Origin: Camelus dromedarius
Lineage: Eukaryota
Direction: 5' to 3'
Assembly (NCBI RefSeq): GCF_036321535.1
Contig: NC_087436.1
Location: 37,512,001 to 37,576,000 of the forward strand
DNA: 64,000 nucleotides
A program made the translations under genes and the position numbers. Below the pieces are notes generated by a model. It saw only the letters and a program-made list of their open reading frames with translations. It did no database searches and was not told the origin of the DNA. Shown one piece after another: positions 50,611-62,800 of the stretch. How positions within the stretch are numbered: position 1 is the stretch's first letter; the number at the start of each line of letters is the position of its first letter.

Positions 50611-51630
50611 CCACCAGTTTATTTTGTGTTTTTCTTGTTTTCCAAGTTCTCTTCTGTCTCCTATGCCATTTATTTCCAATGAAGTCTGTGGATCTACCAC
50701 TTTCCTTGGGATTTTTAACAGTACTTCAGATTCTCTTTTGTTTTTATGCCATTTAGTTCTTATGAAGCCTGTGTTGGAAAAGATTTTTTTTTTTTTTGGT
50801 TATATAGCTTTTAATACCAATTGCAGAGAATTCAGAGTTCTTTCTATATGGAAGTTGTCAGAAAGTAACACCTTAAGCATAGTGTTTTAAGACATTGCAT
50901 TTCTATTTTCTGGCCATTGCATAGAAGCATTAAATGCTGGAATCTAAGGATTGTCCTTGCTTAATATATCCTGCAGAATGCTGTCTACAGCTTATTAGTC
51001 AGGAGTAGCTTCATTTATCTGTGCCCACATTTCTTTCTGTGACATTATTATTACTAGTGGCAAGAAGAGTACTTATTCTACTGTTTACTTTCCAAGAAGT
51101 TTCTCTTTTCCTTTTGAAAATTATAGCTCACATAGAATCCATTTCCTTCCCCAATTTATCAACTCCATTTTGTCTGTTCCAACTATAAGTTTTTATTATT
51201 TAACCACTTCATAACCCTATGAGCTACACAAATATTTATTTAGGATCTCATGCCAGAATGGTTTATTTAGCTATGAACTCCAATTTCCTCCTGAAAAAGT
51301 GAATATGTTTTATGTGCTTTGTACTTGAAGAGCCTCAATCAAACATTGAAACCATCTTAATTCTAGGGCAGAAAGGGAGATAAATCTAGAGTGTTCAAGA
51401 GAGTGCAATCCCTGAGTGCATTTTCAGCCAGCCTCTTACATTTTAAAATAGACTCATTTTCTTTGTTTTCCATCAGATTTTATGAAATCTTTACTATTGG
51501 GAATGATTCATAAAGGAATATGCCTTCATTATATAGTCACATTCTCTTCCAGAAGAATTTTTTTGAACTTCCAGGAGAAGACAGCCCGCCCCAGATTTAT
51601 TTGCTGTTTATAACCCTTTCAGATTATACA

Positions 51631-51737
51631 TAGCAATATAAATTTATTTTTATTAGGTTAATCTTTTTAGGTTATTAACAACTAGCAATATAAATTTATT
51701 TTTATTAGGTTAATCTTTTTAGGTTATTAACAACTAG
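51631..51737. repeat. Perfect 52-bp tandem duplication
   Basis: 51631-51682 equals 51683-51734, followed by tag microhomology. Confidence 0.95.
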
Positions 51738-52147
51738 GAACCAAGTACCAGAAAAAGTGCCCTTTGTGATATTACTCTTTGTTTCAGCATGAAAAAGTTT
51801 CTCGTTTTCTTTTAAAAACTATAGCTCATGTAGAATCTATTTCCTTCTCCAAGGCAGAAGTGATTAATACACCCTAAAAGGGCCAAAAATTTGGGTGGTT
51901 AGGAGGACACATTTTAGAATAAGTACAGACTTGGGTTAAAGTACTAGCATAGCAAGGTAATTTAATTCTAAGCTTCAGATTTCTCATATCTAAAATAGGA
52001 GTGATAATCTTTTTTTACATTGAATCTGAATAGAACTTTCATCAACTAATAAAATTTCCCTAACTTTCCTCCTTAATTTTGATTTTAATCTAGAACTTAG
52101 TCAAGGTTAGAACCTAAAGAGAAAATGGATGAGGGTTTTCGTTTTCT

Positions 52148-52248
52148 TTAAATTTTTTTTTAATTGAAGTAGTCAGTTTACAATGTTGTGTCAATTTCTG
52201 GTGTACAGCATAATAATAGTTCAGTCATACATATACATAAGTATATTC
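52148..52248 (-). mobile_element. Very short (~100 bp) young L1 3' end with TSD
   Basis: tttttttaattgaagtagtcagtttacaatgttgtgtcaatttctggtgtacagc. Imperfect TSD atgagggttttcgttttct / atggggtttttgttttct. Confidence 0.85.
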
Positions 52249-54699
52249 ATGGGGTTTTTGTTTTCTAAGTGACTTCATTGTATCCTCCTTGCATTCCTCT
52301 GTATCCACTTGAACTCACAGAGCAAAAAATATAGAAGAGGGAGAGGGCTATACTGTCTTATGCTTTGGTGAGAAATGAGTCTATGGCCAGCTCCAGGCTC
52401 TATGAATAAGTAGATGACAGAGAAAATTCTTGGGAATTCAGGATAGAAGTTGTTAATTGGACTCTTCCAATTTGAGGTGCTGTACCAAACATGTGGCCTC
52501 GCCTTTGGGAGTAGTCCAATTGTAGAATGATGGTAGCTTAAAGTATCTCTTTGTGTCCCAGGTGTCAGGCCCTTAGGCTAGGATGAGAATCCTACCCTTA
52601 TATCTGGCCTGTGGAACTCACTCTTCTAGAGCCTGCCAAAATTAAGGATACCTCCACCCTCTGGGCCTTATGGGTAGTTGATCTTTTCTATTGTCATATG
52701 TTTGAAAATGTAAGATACCAAGGGGTAGGGACTTTTGAAAGGTTTGATTCTCCTTTTATTCCTCCACCATATATAATGCCATACAAATGGAGAGGATTTT
52801 TTTTTTCGATGCTGATGTTTCCAGGCCCTCAAGTGGCATTGCTCACTTGTCAATAAGTGTGAAACTAAGTGGGTCCTTCACCTAGTACAGACTGAGGCCA
52901 ATCCACTGTGAGGATAAGTGGGGACTATTCCTCCAGATGGTTGGAGGTGGCAGTCTTCTGACCCTCTTTATTACTTTTGCCACATTAGGAACCCACAGTG
53001 ATACCCAAACAATGTTTTTTTTCTGTCATATTTGGACTACATAGGGAAAATATCATATATATAATACAAAATTCATATATATATATAACACAAAATTCCA
53101 GGGAAATGAGATTTATAAACAAATAAATTTCAAGTAGATTTGTAGGAATTATTTGTCATCTCCCTCAGGCAATAAAAGGAGATTTGTTTGGTTAAGCTTT
53201 GCTCTTGAAAAAAATATGGCACATCTGGTTTGACGATAGCTAAATGTCATAGCCTATTGAACTCAACTTGTTACTTTAGAAGGAAAAGTTGGACATGGCA
53301 GTGTCAACAGGGCCTCTGACCCATGCAGGGGATTTTTCTGAGGGTTTCCAGTAATATCCACCCACCTTCTTAAACCCTGGTTCCCTGCCTCAATGTATGA
53401 TTCTCATCTAATACTACACACAATTTTCCTCTGATCAATATTTCAATCATCAGATTTAGATTCGCAAAAATTTTAACTAGCAGCCTCTCTGCTATCATCT
53501 GACAGGGTTTATAGAGTGTCTTTAATATATCCTACCTATTATCATTCCATCTGTCAATCTTCTGACTAAATATAAATAATTTCTAATCTACAGATACAGT
53601 AATCCACACTCATGAGAATATTTTCCAGCATTGAAACAGAGAATCCTTTAAATATGTATTTAAAATACATCACTGGAAAGTTCATGAAAAAATCATTAGA
53701 ACGGACCATTGGTAGATAGATTGAGAACTCCCACAAATACAATCCCACGATATCCCTCTAGCACATCTAATGCAGGGTTGCTGTGGGATTAATTGAAATA
53801 CTGCACATAAAGTGTTTACTGGGATGCCTACATTCAGGAAACTTACTCAATTTTAGCTATTATTATTATCATTATTAATATTAGATGTCAGTGCTCTTTC
53901 CAACACACTACATGGCCGTATCTCTCATGGCACTGGTATGCCTTGGAGTTCTTTTGCCAATAAAACTTGAGTCATTATTTAAAAGCCATCATTTGCCAGA
54001 GGGTAAGATGCATACAATAACTCAATTATATCAGTTAAACAAAATCTATACTCTCCTGTTGGTTGAAACAAAAGCTTTAAATTTGTCTTTTCAACTGTAT
54101 GACTTACTTTTTTGACAAAGCTAAAAACTGGCTATTAATTTCATCATTATGTGGAAATATGGCAAGAGCAGATTATGTGGCTAAATGTGCAGCTCCTTGA
54201 CTGAACATGAATCTGTGAAGAGTGATCTATCAGCCCAGTAAAGAGCCACAGATAACCTGCCCAGAGGGTGGGGAACATAGCAGGTCACCTTGACATTCTT
54301 TTAGAAGATTCCTTTCTAATTTCCCCATGAACAGATTTAACTGAATGGTCAGTTATTTTTAACTAACTCTCCACTGCTATAAGCGCTGTCTTTTTTTTTC
54401 TATAAAGAATCAAAGGAATTTAGCGAGGCTCATTTTGTAGATTTCCTTTCTATCACAGGCCAAATATGCTTTAGAAACACAAGGGACCATGTCATCCCTT
54501 AGCTGCAACACGTAATAAAATGGGCCACTTGACAGCAGCATAGGGAGGCAGGATTTTTGCCACACGTACAGAACACTCACTCAGTGCCCAAACTGATTGT
54601 AGATTGTATCATTTATTATCTAAATTGGAACACTTTAGAGAGTGAAATGGGCTCCTTTCATAAAGACAAAGTGAGAAAGGACACAGACTGGTATTGTCC

Positions 54700-55680
54700 C
54701 TATTACTGAACCAGGTTCATTTGCTGGTTGTTCTGAGACAGGAGGGAAGGGAGCGGGGCACAGCCACTAAAAGGATGGTACAGCAGTCAGCACCAAGATG
54801 GTGGAAGAGTCACCTCCCAGGAGACCTTGGGTTTCAGCATATGCTCATTGAAATACAACAGCTGCTAAATGGCACTTCCACAGGTGCCAGGACAGTTTCA
54901 AGGCTGGCCATAAAAGGTCAAAGGGTGGGTAATGGCCCAATTCCTGGGAATTTTAGCCCCTTCCCTTAAGTAGTTGGAATAACCCTCCCACTTGTTAGCA
55001 TATGAAGTTACTGAGCCCGTAAAAACTAACAGCTTCCAAACCTCAAGGCTGCTGATCTCATTTTTCCTAGCCAACCCATGCTCTCAGTCCACAGCTCTCT
55101 CTTCTGAGTGAGATGGCCTGCATTATGCCTACGGAAAGTGTATCTCCTCAGCCTTTCTCTTGCCTTCTGAGACAGCCTGCACTCTGTCTCTGGAGTGTAT
55201 GTATCTTTGAATAAATCTACGTTTACTCAACTGTTGCTCATTCTTGAATTCTTTCCTGTGCTGAAGCCAAGGACCCTCACTTGGCGGGGTGCATCCCAGG
55301 GACTCAGCCGAGACCTGGGACATGGCCATCCTCTCGCTCCCATTTTTTCTTGTATCAGTGCAGCAAGCCAAACTCTGAGACGCTGAGGTTTGCAGCAGAG
55401 AAAGGGCTTATTCTCGAGACACTCAAGTGAGGAGACAAATCTCAAACCCACCTCCCAAAGGCAAGAGGCTCCAATTATTTATGAGATAAAGCTGAGGACT
55501 GGGGAATGATTAGAAAGAAGAAAAAGGTGAGGTAATTGTTGTTCTGTGTGGGTGCAACTAAGCTACAGGCTTCTTTATGAGATGCTTGTTCAGAAAATAG
55601 CAGCCTTAGCATATTCTGAAGGTGGAGGTTTTGGCCCACTGTCATCAAAATGTCACCACATCACTTTGGCTATAACCTCC
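54700..55680 (-). mobile_element. Older LTR split by the MER41-like LTR
   Basis: tattactgaaccaggttcatttgc...[insert]...gcagcaagccaaactctgagacgctgaggtttgcagcagagaaagggcttatt reads as one continuous minus-strand LTR end. Confidence 0.6.
54734..55357 (+). mobile_element. MER41-like ERV1 solo LTR (624 bp)
   Basis: TG...CA termini (tgagacagg...tgtatca), imperfect 4-bp TSD gttc/gtgc, AATAAA at 55210, and a MER41-like core ...aattcctgggaatt...cccttccc...gaataaccctcccacttgttagcatat. Confidence 0.8.
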
Positions 55681-56789
55681 CTAGAATCTTGGAAAAAATA
55701 CTGGAAGACATGGGATGTCTTTTGTTTCATTGTAAATTAGCCCATAGATCTATAGTAGGCCTGGCTAAACTGTAGCTTTAATAGTTAGGGGATGATCCTT
55801 GACGTTAGTTAGACAAGTACAATCTGTCATAGATCAGAAAGCTTACAGTGGAGGTGGATGAATTTACCAGCAGGACAGGGGTGGGGACAAGGGAATGATG
55901 CCGAAGCACATCCTTGAAGAATGCTCTCCAGATGCCTAAGCCTACCTGGGGCTCAGTTTCTGCTAGATGTTTCCATGACAGGTCCTGGGTCACATTTCCT
56001 AGATACTCTGGGGTTCTGGCCTCAGTTACAGGCCCATCTGAGCATCCACCATCATCAGAGTATGAACTCGGTCAGCCAGGGCCAGGGAGAAAAATGGAGA
56101 ATTGTGGTTTGAAAGTGAAATAGATGGGGGTGTGGAAGTTGGAGCGGAGCAGTCGGATGGCGGGAAGAACCTCAGGAGACCCCGGCTGACAAACTGAGTG
56201 TTCAAGTATGCAGAAAAGGTCTTCAAACTGAAAGAAAGATTCTGACTCAGATTACTATATACATCCAAGGGGACAGTTTGAGCCTCGGAGGAGCCAGGCC
56301 TGGGTGGGGCTTTGTTTAATGACACCGAGAGGCCTGCTGTAGTGAAGGCAAAAAGCTGAAGGTCTCAGCTGGGAAGGAAGGAAGGGACTCTTGGGCAGGC
56401 TTTGACACTTAAGTCCTTCCCTCAAAAGTACTGGGAGAGAGCGCAGCTGCCTCTGTAGATGGCTTCTGGCATTTCTCAAAAGATGAAAATGCCAGGGAGA
56501 ATGGCAGTAAACAGACAGTGGAAAAAACTTGGGTGTCAGTCCTGAATATGTCTATGTGTCTGAAAATATCTAGGAAAACCCTCATTTCTCTTTCTCAGCT
56601 CTGGGAAGCCAACAACCCCAAAAGATTCAGGGTTGTTGAGATCCAGATAGTTCTATGTTTGCAAGTTTTAGCCAAAGAATGAAAGGAAGATGGGTTTAGG
56701 AACTTCAAATAATGCCTGGAGAAATGTTCACAAAGCTTCTGGAAAATTCACAAAACTGTGAGATCAGACAACCAGAAAAGAGCCTGGAG

Positions 56790-56930
56790 ACTGGTGATGC
56801 AGATCCCCTCCCTTGACAGATGAGGCTAGTGAGACCCCACAAGCTTAGGAAGTTATCCAGCGCTGTCATGCAGCTAGGGGGCAGTGGAACCAGTACTAAA
56901 ACTCAGTTCTCCTGACTCTCTGTTCAAGGT
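56790..56930 (-). mobile_element. MIR fragment
   Basis: ttgacagatgaggctagtgagacccc...aagttatccagcgctgtcatgcagctag...ctaaaactcagttctcctgactc. Confidence 0.65.
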
Positions 56931-57544
56931 AGTGGAGGGAAGGTGAAAGGGAAGTGTTTGGGGGGAAAATTAACCTGGGGTTTAAAAAGTGGGACATAGT
57001 GAGGTGGGTAAAACATGAACTTTCAAATTTAGAAATAGATGAAAGCTTAGAAGTGGAAGAAGAACGCATGCCACTAGAAAGTATGACAAGGGAGGGGCAG
57101 AGGACAGTGGGGATTAGGGGCATCCGATGGAGGGAGAACTAAAGGCAACTGACACAGGTCACTTGCCACCAGTTAGGGTCATTCTTGCCATGCATCATGG
57201 TCCCCTGGATTGTTTCCTTGACAATGATATTTTAAAGGAACTTCCCTCTTTGTTCCCCAACACCTACAACTTTTCTTTTGAGTAATCTAAAAATACCTTG
57301 TAGATTAGTCAAAAAGGTTTGTCTTGGTATCCCTGAATTGGGGGTGGCGGTGGCATTATGACATGGATCCAGATCTGGCCTCTGTACTTTATGTACAAGT
57401 TGTCCAGAGTGAGCATTTCTGGCTCACAGACACAGATGGCATTTAATGCAGGCCAGTATGTTCCTTACGCATGTCTCACCATTTAGCTGTCATGAGATAT
57501 TCACGATGTTCACGATTGTTTCTGAAACATTCTTCTCTTTGCCT

Positions 57545-57650
57545 ACCCTGTGAACTCTTTGAAGGCTAGAACTAGAGTTTGTTGACCTCTGCAGACTTAC
57601 TCCATGTCTGGAGCATAGTGGGTCCTCAGTAAATGTTTTTTTGAGTCCAT
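57545..57650 (+). mobile_element. L2 3' terminal fragment
   Basis: ctgtgaactctttgaaggctag...catagtgggtcctcagtaaatgttt. Confidence 0.65.
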
Positions 57651-59776
57651 AAGGGAGGGGTGAGGGGGTAGCAATCACTGATACAAGGCATAGTGAGGAT
57701 GAATCACCAAGAGCATTTATTCAAAGGAGAACTTGTTGCTTATTATTGGGAGAGAAGGAAACCACACGTTACATTTTACAGACACAGTTTTAGACACACA
57801 ACAAGCCCTGATAAAGTGTGCTAACCAGGCAATTACTGGGGCATATCCTCCACACACACCCCCAAATAATTTTCCAAACATATGAACTTTTTTCATGACT
57901 CAACTCCTCTCTAGTTTGTAAAAACCAAAGACAGAAATGAAGACCAGATAGGTCTGTATTTAAGCTAGTGCCTTGACCTTATTCCGTTCATCAACCAACC
58001 AAAGTCAAATGAAAACTGCCTGGAGGAGCTGAGTCTTAATAAAATAAAATCTTAGATAAAAATCTATAAAGAAAGCATACCCTGGCCATGTAACTCAGTG
58101 GATCAGGGTGTCTGTTTTCATACTGCAGAAGTTTAAAGTCACAGCAGCAGGGAGCACGTGTCACTAGGCAGGACTCGAACCATGGCGCTAAAGTCCCACA
58201 AGTAGCAGGGCTGCAGGAGGCGCAGACAGCCCAAGCCTGGACCACTGCGCCCTCCGCCCCACCAGACTTCCTCCTCGGCAGCAACGGCAGCTCCACAAGT
58301 GAAAGCTGTTAACATCAGTTCCCAACAGAGAAGTGGCCAAAGACTTTTTTTTTTTTAAAGCCTTTTGCATTGTTTGAACTGAAGAAACAGTGGAACTAGT
58401 ACCGATCCTTTTCGCCTTAGTACAGCCAGCTCCTTTGCAACCAGCTCCTTTGCAAACAGGATGCGTCTGCGTGGGAAGGCAGTTTAGAGCGAAAAGCTGC
58501 CCATCAGGAAGTTGGCCCCGAAGCCTTCCCTGGGGGAACTTGGGCGCACCAGTCCACCAGCTGGGGGAACGTTCCTGGAGGCAGCTTCACTTACCTGCAG
58601 AGAGTCACTCACTTTAAAGAGAGCATGGAAACTGCCTTCTGGGTATTTTCAGAGAAGTGTAGCGGAGATGCAGATTAATTCAGATGTTCAAGCAAGATAG
58701 AATTTCTTCCTTTTCCAGAACTCAACTGGTCTTTCTCCTGAGCACCTCCTCATCTGAGCTGTAGAGAAAAACATTTAGATCCACTTGGGAAAGCTAGATT
58801 TGATCTAGTAATACACATATGCTCTTGTATAACACTTTGTCTTTCAGAAATTGCCTCCTCCTCCACCCCAGTGCTCTAGACAGATAGACCCCAGCAGACA
58901 GACAGACTCCCCAGGCGTGTGTGCTGGGGAGTGGAGAGCTTGTGTGTCCTTATAGCAAGGAAAAGGGGGGGTCATGGTGGTCTCTGCTCAGGTCCTAGCA
59001 GAGCCTTTAGCTCCTCTGGTTTCCACGCGATGTCCCTTCCACCTGATTACTTGTGCTGTATTACCGTATTAACTGTACAACCTCTTGGAATATGAAGCTG
59101 AATTTTTCAGGTAATGAACTCAGCTTTCTCAGGGCCCCTCCCAGCTCACTAGGCCCTGCCTCAGCTGTTACTGGTTCTATTTCTGTTCTTGAGACCGGGA
59201 TGGAACTCCTACTGGAGCCTAAGTTTGTGGTCTTGGATCCAGCGGCATTTTGCCTGTGCTGCAGCAACACCCCTCCTTCAACTAAGCTAGTGGGAGGGGA
59301 CCACTGCCTGCCTTCCATGTCCCTCCAGGGGAACTCAAGGAGTTCCGAATACATTCACGTCCTGAGTTTGTTGGGGACTCTGGAAAGTTGGACTCAGACC
59401 CTCCACTCTGACCACGTGGTGACCCAGTTTGTGGATCCTCAAAGAAGAAAGATGCCAAAGTCTCTGGTTGTTGTTGTTGTTGTTGTGTGTTGCACTGCTA
59501 TTAAATTATTTAGCATACTTCCTACATCCAGGACTTTTGCTTGGAGACAGGACATCTGGAGATGGTATCATTTTACCTGCTTCCAGTCTTCTCTGCTCAG
59601 CTTCCTCCCACCAGCCAGACTCTTCTATTTTTCTTCCTCTTGGGTGAGGAATTCCCTTAAGGAAACTGGAGGATCCGAGCTACCAGGCCAGGATTTTGGT
59701 ATGTTTAATAGATAAGTTAGAATACCCTTTTGCATTTTGATAAAGACTGTGCTTCAGGGCGACTTTTTTGCCCTAC

Positions 59777-60090
59777 ACTCACGGACATAGAAAACAAACT
59801 GTGGTTACCAGCAGGGAAGGGGCAGGGAGGGATAGATTAGGAGTTTGGGATTAACAGGCACATGCTACTATATTTGCAATAGATAAACAACAAGGACCTA
59901 CTGTATAGCACAGAGATTTATGTTCAATTTTTTGTAATGAGCCACAATGGAAAAGAAACTGAAAATACGTGTATGTATGCATATATATGTATAACTGAAT
60001 CGCTTTGCTGTACACCTGAAACTAACATTGTAAATCGATTATATTCAATTAAAAAAACATTTCAATAAAAAATAAGAATAATAAAAATTT
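59777..60090 (+). mobile_element. L1 3' end (L1_Art-like) with A-rich tail
   Basis: actcacggacatagaaaacaaactgtggttacc...taaacaacaaggacctactgtatagcacag...ctttgctgtacacctgaaactaac. Confidence 0.9.
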
Positions 60091-61614
60091 TTTTTAAAAA
60101 GAGGCAAGGCTGATGGTGGACCTCTGTTCTTGGAGGGATCTGTCCTCTCCTTTCCTACAGACTTCAGAGCTCAGCCTGGGGACTTCAAGGGAGCAGGATT
60201 CATAGGAGGGAATAAAATACATCCTTCTAGTCTTCTAAAAATACTATCCCCCTTCTAAGAGTGAGAAGGAGCTGCTAGGATCTCTTCTGGTCCCTTCTTA
60301 ACTCTCCAGGTATAGCCAGGCCCTCTAACTGTCCATACACCACCCCTTCCACTTGCCCTGGCTTCCTCGGGGGACCCAGAAGCCCTACATTAGGACCCCC
60401 ATGAGGTCCACCTGACCTCAACATTCATGCAAGGACTGAAAATACAAGCCTGTGAGCGGGAAGAATGGTGGATGATGTGGTTCTCCAGGGACAAGTCCAG
60501 GACTGTCTTACCCGTGGCTAACAGGGAAAAAGGCAGACACAGCCCTGTTTTTACAAGTCCTTCCTTCTCTGGGAGGGCCCATCCCTGCTTTTTCTTGCAT
60601 GCAAGTGGATACGGAAAACAGAGTATTTTGGTGAAGGACGGCACTGCCTCTCCCAGATGAAGAGCTGTTTGACGCAGAGTCCTTGCTTTGCATATTTTCC
60701 CTGCAATGCTCATTTATACATGTCATGACTAATTTAAAAATTTACCAGAAAGGAGATAAAATTACATTTTAATTTCACATTGTTAAAACTGGAACAGTCC
60801 CTTGCCAGCTTGTCCTGACAAGATTTTATATATTACTTTTTAGCATTTTCTAGTCTTCAAATCCTCTTGCTTTTGTGTTGCATTAAAGACTAAATGAGGA
60901 AAAAGTAGGAAAGAATCAGAAGCATGTTCCCTTTCAAAAAGGTGACTTAAAAATAACCTTTAAAGGAGCTCTTGTAACCACCTCTTCACTCACTGGCTCA
61001 GGAATCTACCAAGTCATCTTGAACAGAACTTCTCTGATGGAGGGCTCCTGGGAGGGAGAGTAGAGGATATTCTGAATGGCCAAGAGTCACACCTTGCCCT
61101 CAGAGGATGACTCAGGTTCAGAATCTTTTGACTTTGGGGTAATTTTGGGGTTTTGGAGGTTTTGTTTTCTTGTTGCTTTGATTTTTAATGTATCTCTGCC
61201 TTTTGATGTGCAAAGCTTAGGGAAGGGGGTGGATAAAATTGTGCAAGGAGCCCAAAAACCTTTTGAAAAGAAAGGATAGAGCCAACCTCCCCCACCCCTC
61301 CCCAGCCTTGAAGTTTGAAGTTAGGGAAATAGGCCATAATAAAACAAGGTGGCCCTAACCAGAACCTGAGAGCAGTAAAGAACAAAATAGGCCAAGTAAA
61401 GAGATGCAGTAAGAGCAGCTTACCATGTGTGTTGTTTAAACAGGGTAGACTGGTTCTTTAAGCTATCTTTTGTAGGTGGTAATGTAAAGAGCTTTCATAG
61501 AAGCCATCACGAGGCTGCAAACTGTGTTCTCTTCCTCAGAGGATAACCAAAGGAGCTGAACTTCATTTTCATACATCTAGTTTCTTTTGATCTTTGTATT
61601 TTATCTTTAGCTTA

Positions 61615-62800
61615 TATTCACTCAGTAAATATTTAATAAGCACCAGAGTTTCAACAATGAATAAGAGACCCTCCTTGTCTTCAAGGAACCTATAGACTAA
61701 CAGGAGTGATAACAAATAATCAAACAGGGTGCCCAGGGTGGGGGATACTTGGTGACAGGGGTCAGGAAGGTGTGCCTAAGGAGGTGATATTTGAGTTGAT
61801 GTGGGGACAGGTCTGGGTGGTGCATGAAGAACAAAGGAAGCAGCACATTTAAAGACCTGGCAAGAGAAATCATGATGCATTTTAGGAAGTGGAAGCCATT
61901 CAGTAAATCTGGAGAAGTTAATTTTATGTGGGAAATGGCTGGGTGTGGGGGTGGGGCCGTGGTAACTGATGAGGCTAAGGACCTCTTTGAGTTGTATCAT
62001 GACGGTCTTTTACACCAAGTTAAGACTTGTTGGTTCTATTGTGAGGACAGTAGGGAAATATGGAAAGGCTTAATGCAGAGATGTAATAAAATCATATTTG
62101 TATGAAGGAAAAAAATCCTACTTGCAGCATAGACAGTGGTTTGGGGGCTGCTGAGACTGGGAGGCGAGCTGATCAGTTACAAGGCTGTGGCAGGAAGTCA
62201 GGTGAGAGATAATGTAGCCTGACCTTAGCGAATGGCAGTTAAGACAAAAAGACATAGATTGCTTTGAGAGCTGTCAAGGATAGAAAATCAATTAATCACT
62301 GATTGGAAGTAATGGACAAAGGAGAAAAAGGAATAAGAAAGATGTCCACATTTCTGACTTGGTCAGATGTATGGATGGTGATGTCACTATGTGCAGTGAG
62401 GAACAAATTGAATTTGAGCTTCTCTGGAAACCACCACAAGGTATGACTGGTTGGCGGTGACGACACTGACCTGGATGGAGCTGGGGCTGGGGGCTGGGAG
62501 GCCGGGGGTGAGGGTGTCTCTTTGTCAGCAAAGAGATGGGAACTGAAGCCATGGGGATAAGTTGGGGGTTGAGAAAATTCATGGAAAAAAATAGTTATGG
62601 ACTATTAGAGGAGAAAAGATGCTAAGCTGGATGGGTGAGAAACAAAAATTTTTAAGTGCTGACTCCAGAGAGTACGAGGAAGGGCTTCAGTGATTCTGAT
62701 GGAAGCAGATTCAGTGAAGTGAAGGTGGTGGAAATTGGGTCCAGGCAGGCTGAGATCAGGAAGAAAAACACTAAAAGCTAGCCAACTATTCCTAGAAATT
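61615..62800 (-). mobile_element. L2 LINE, ~1.2 kb
   Basis: tattcactcagtaaatatttaataagcacc tail; aaggaggtgatatttgagttga; caggtgagagataatg; gatgtccacatttctgacttgg. Confidence 0.85.

Noticed and set aside
51631..51737. CRISPR-like repeat array
   Set aside because: Only two adjacent copies without spacers, in mammalian DNA; a simple tandem duplication.
59053..59715. Longest ORF in the track (220 aa, +)
   Set aside because: Non-ATG start, no recognisable domain, contains a (GTT)n-derived poly-Val run, and has no supported exon structure; probably a chance ORF.
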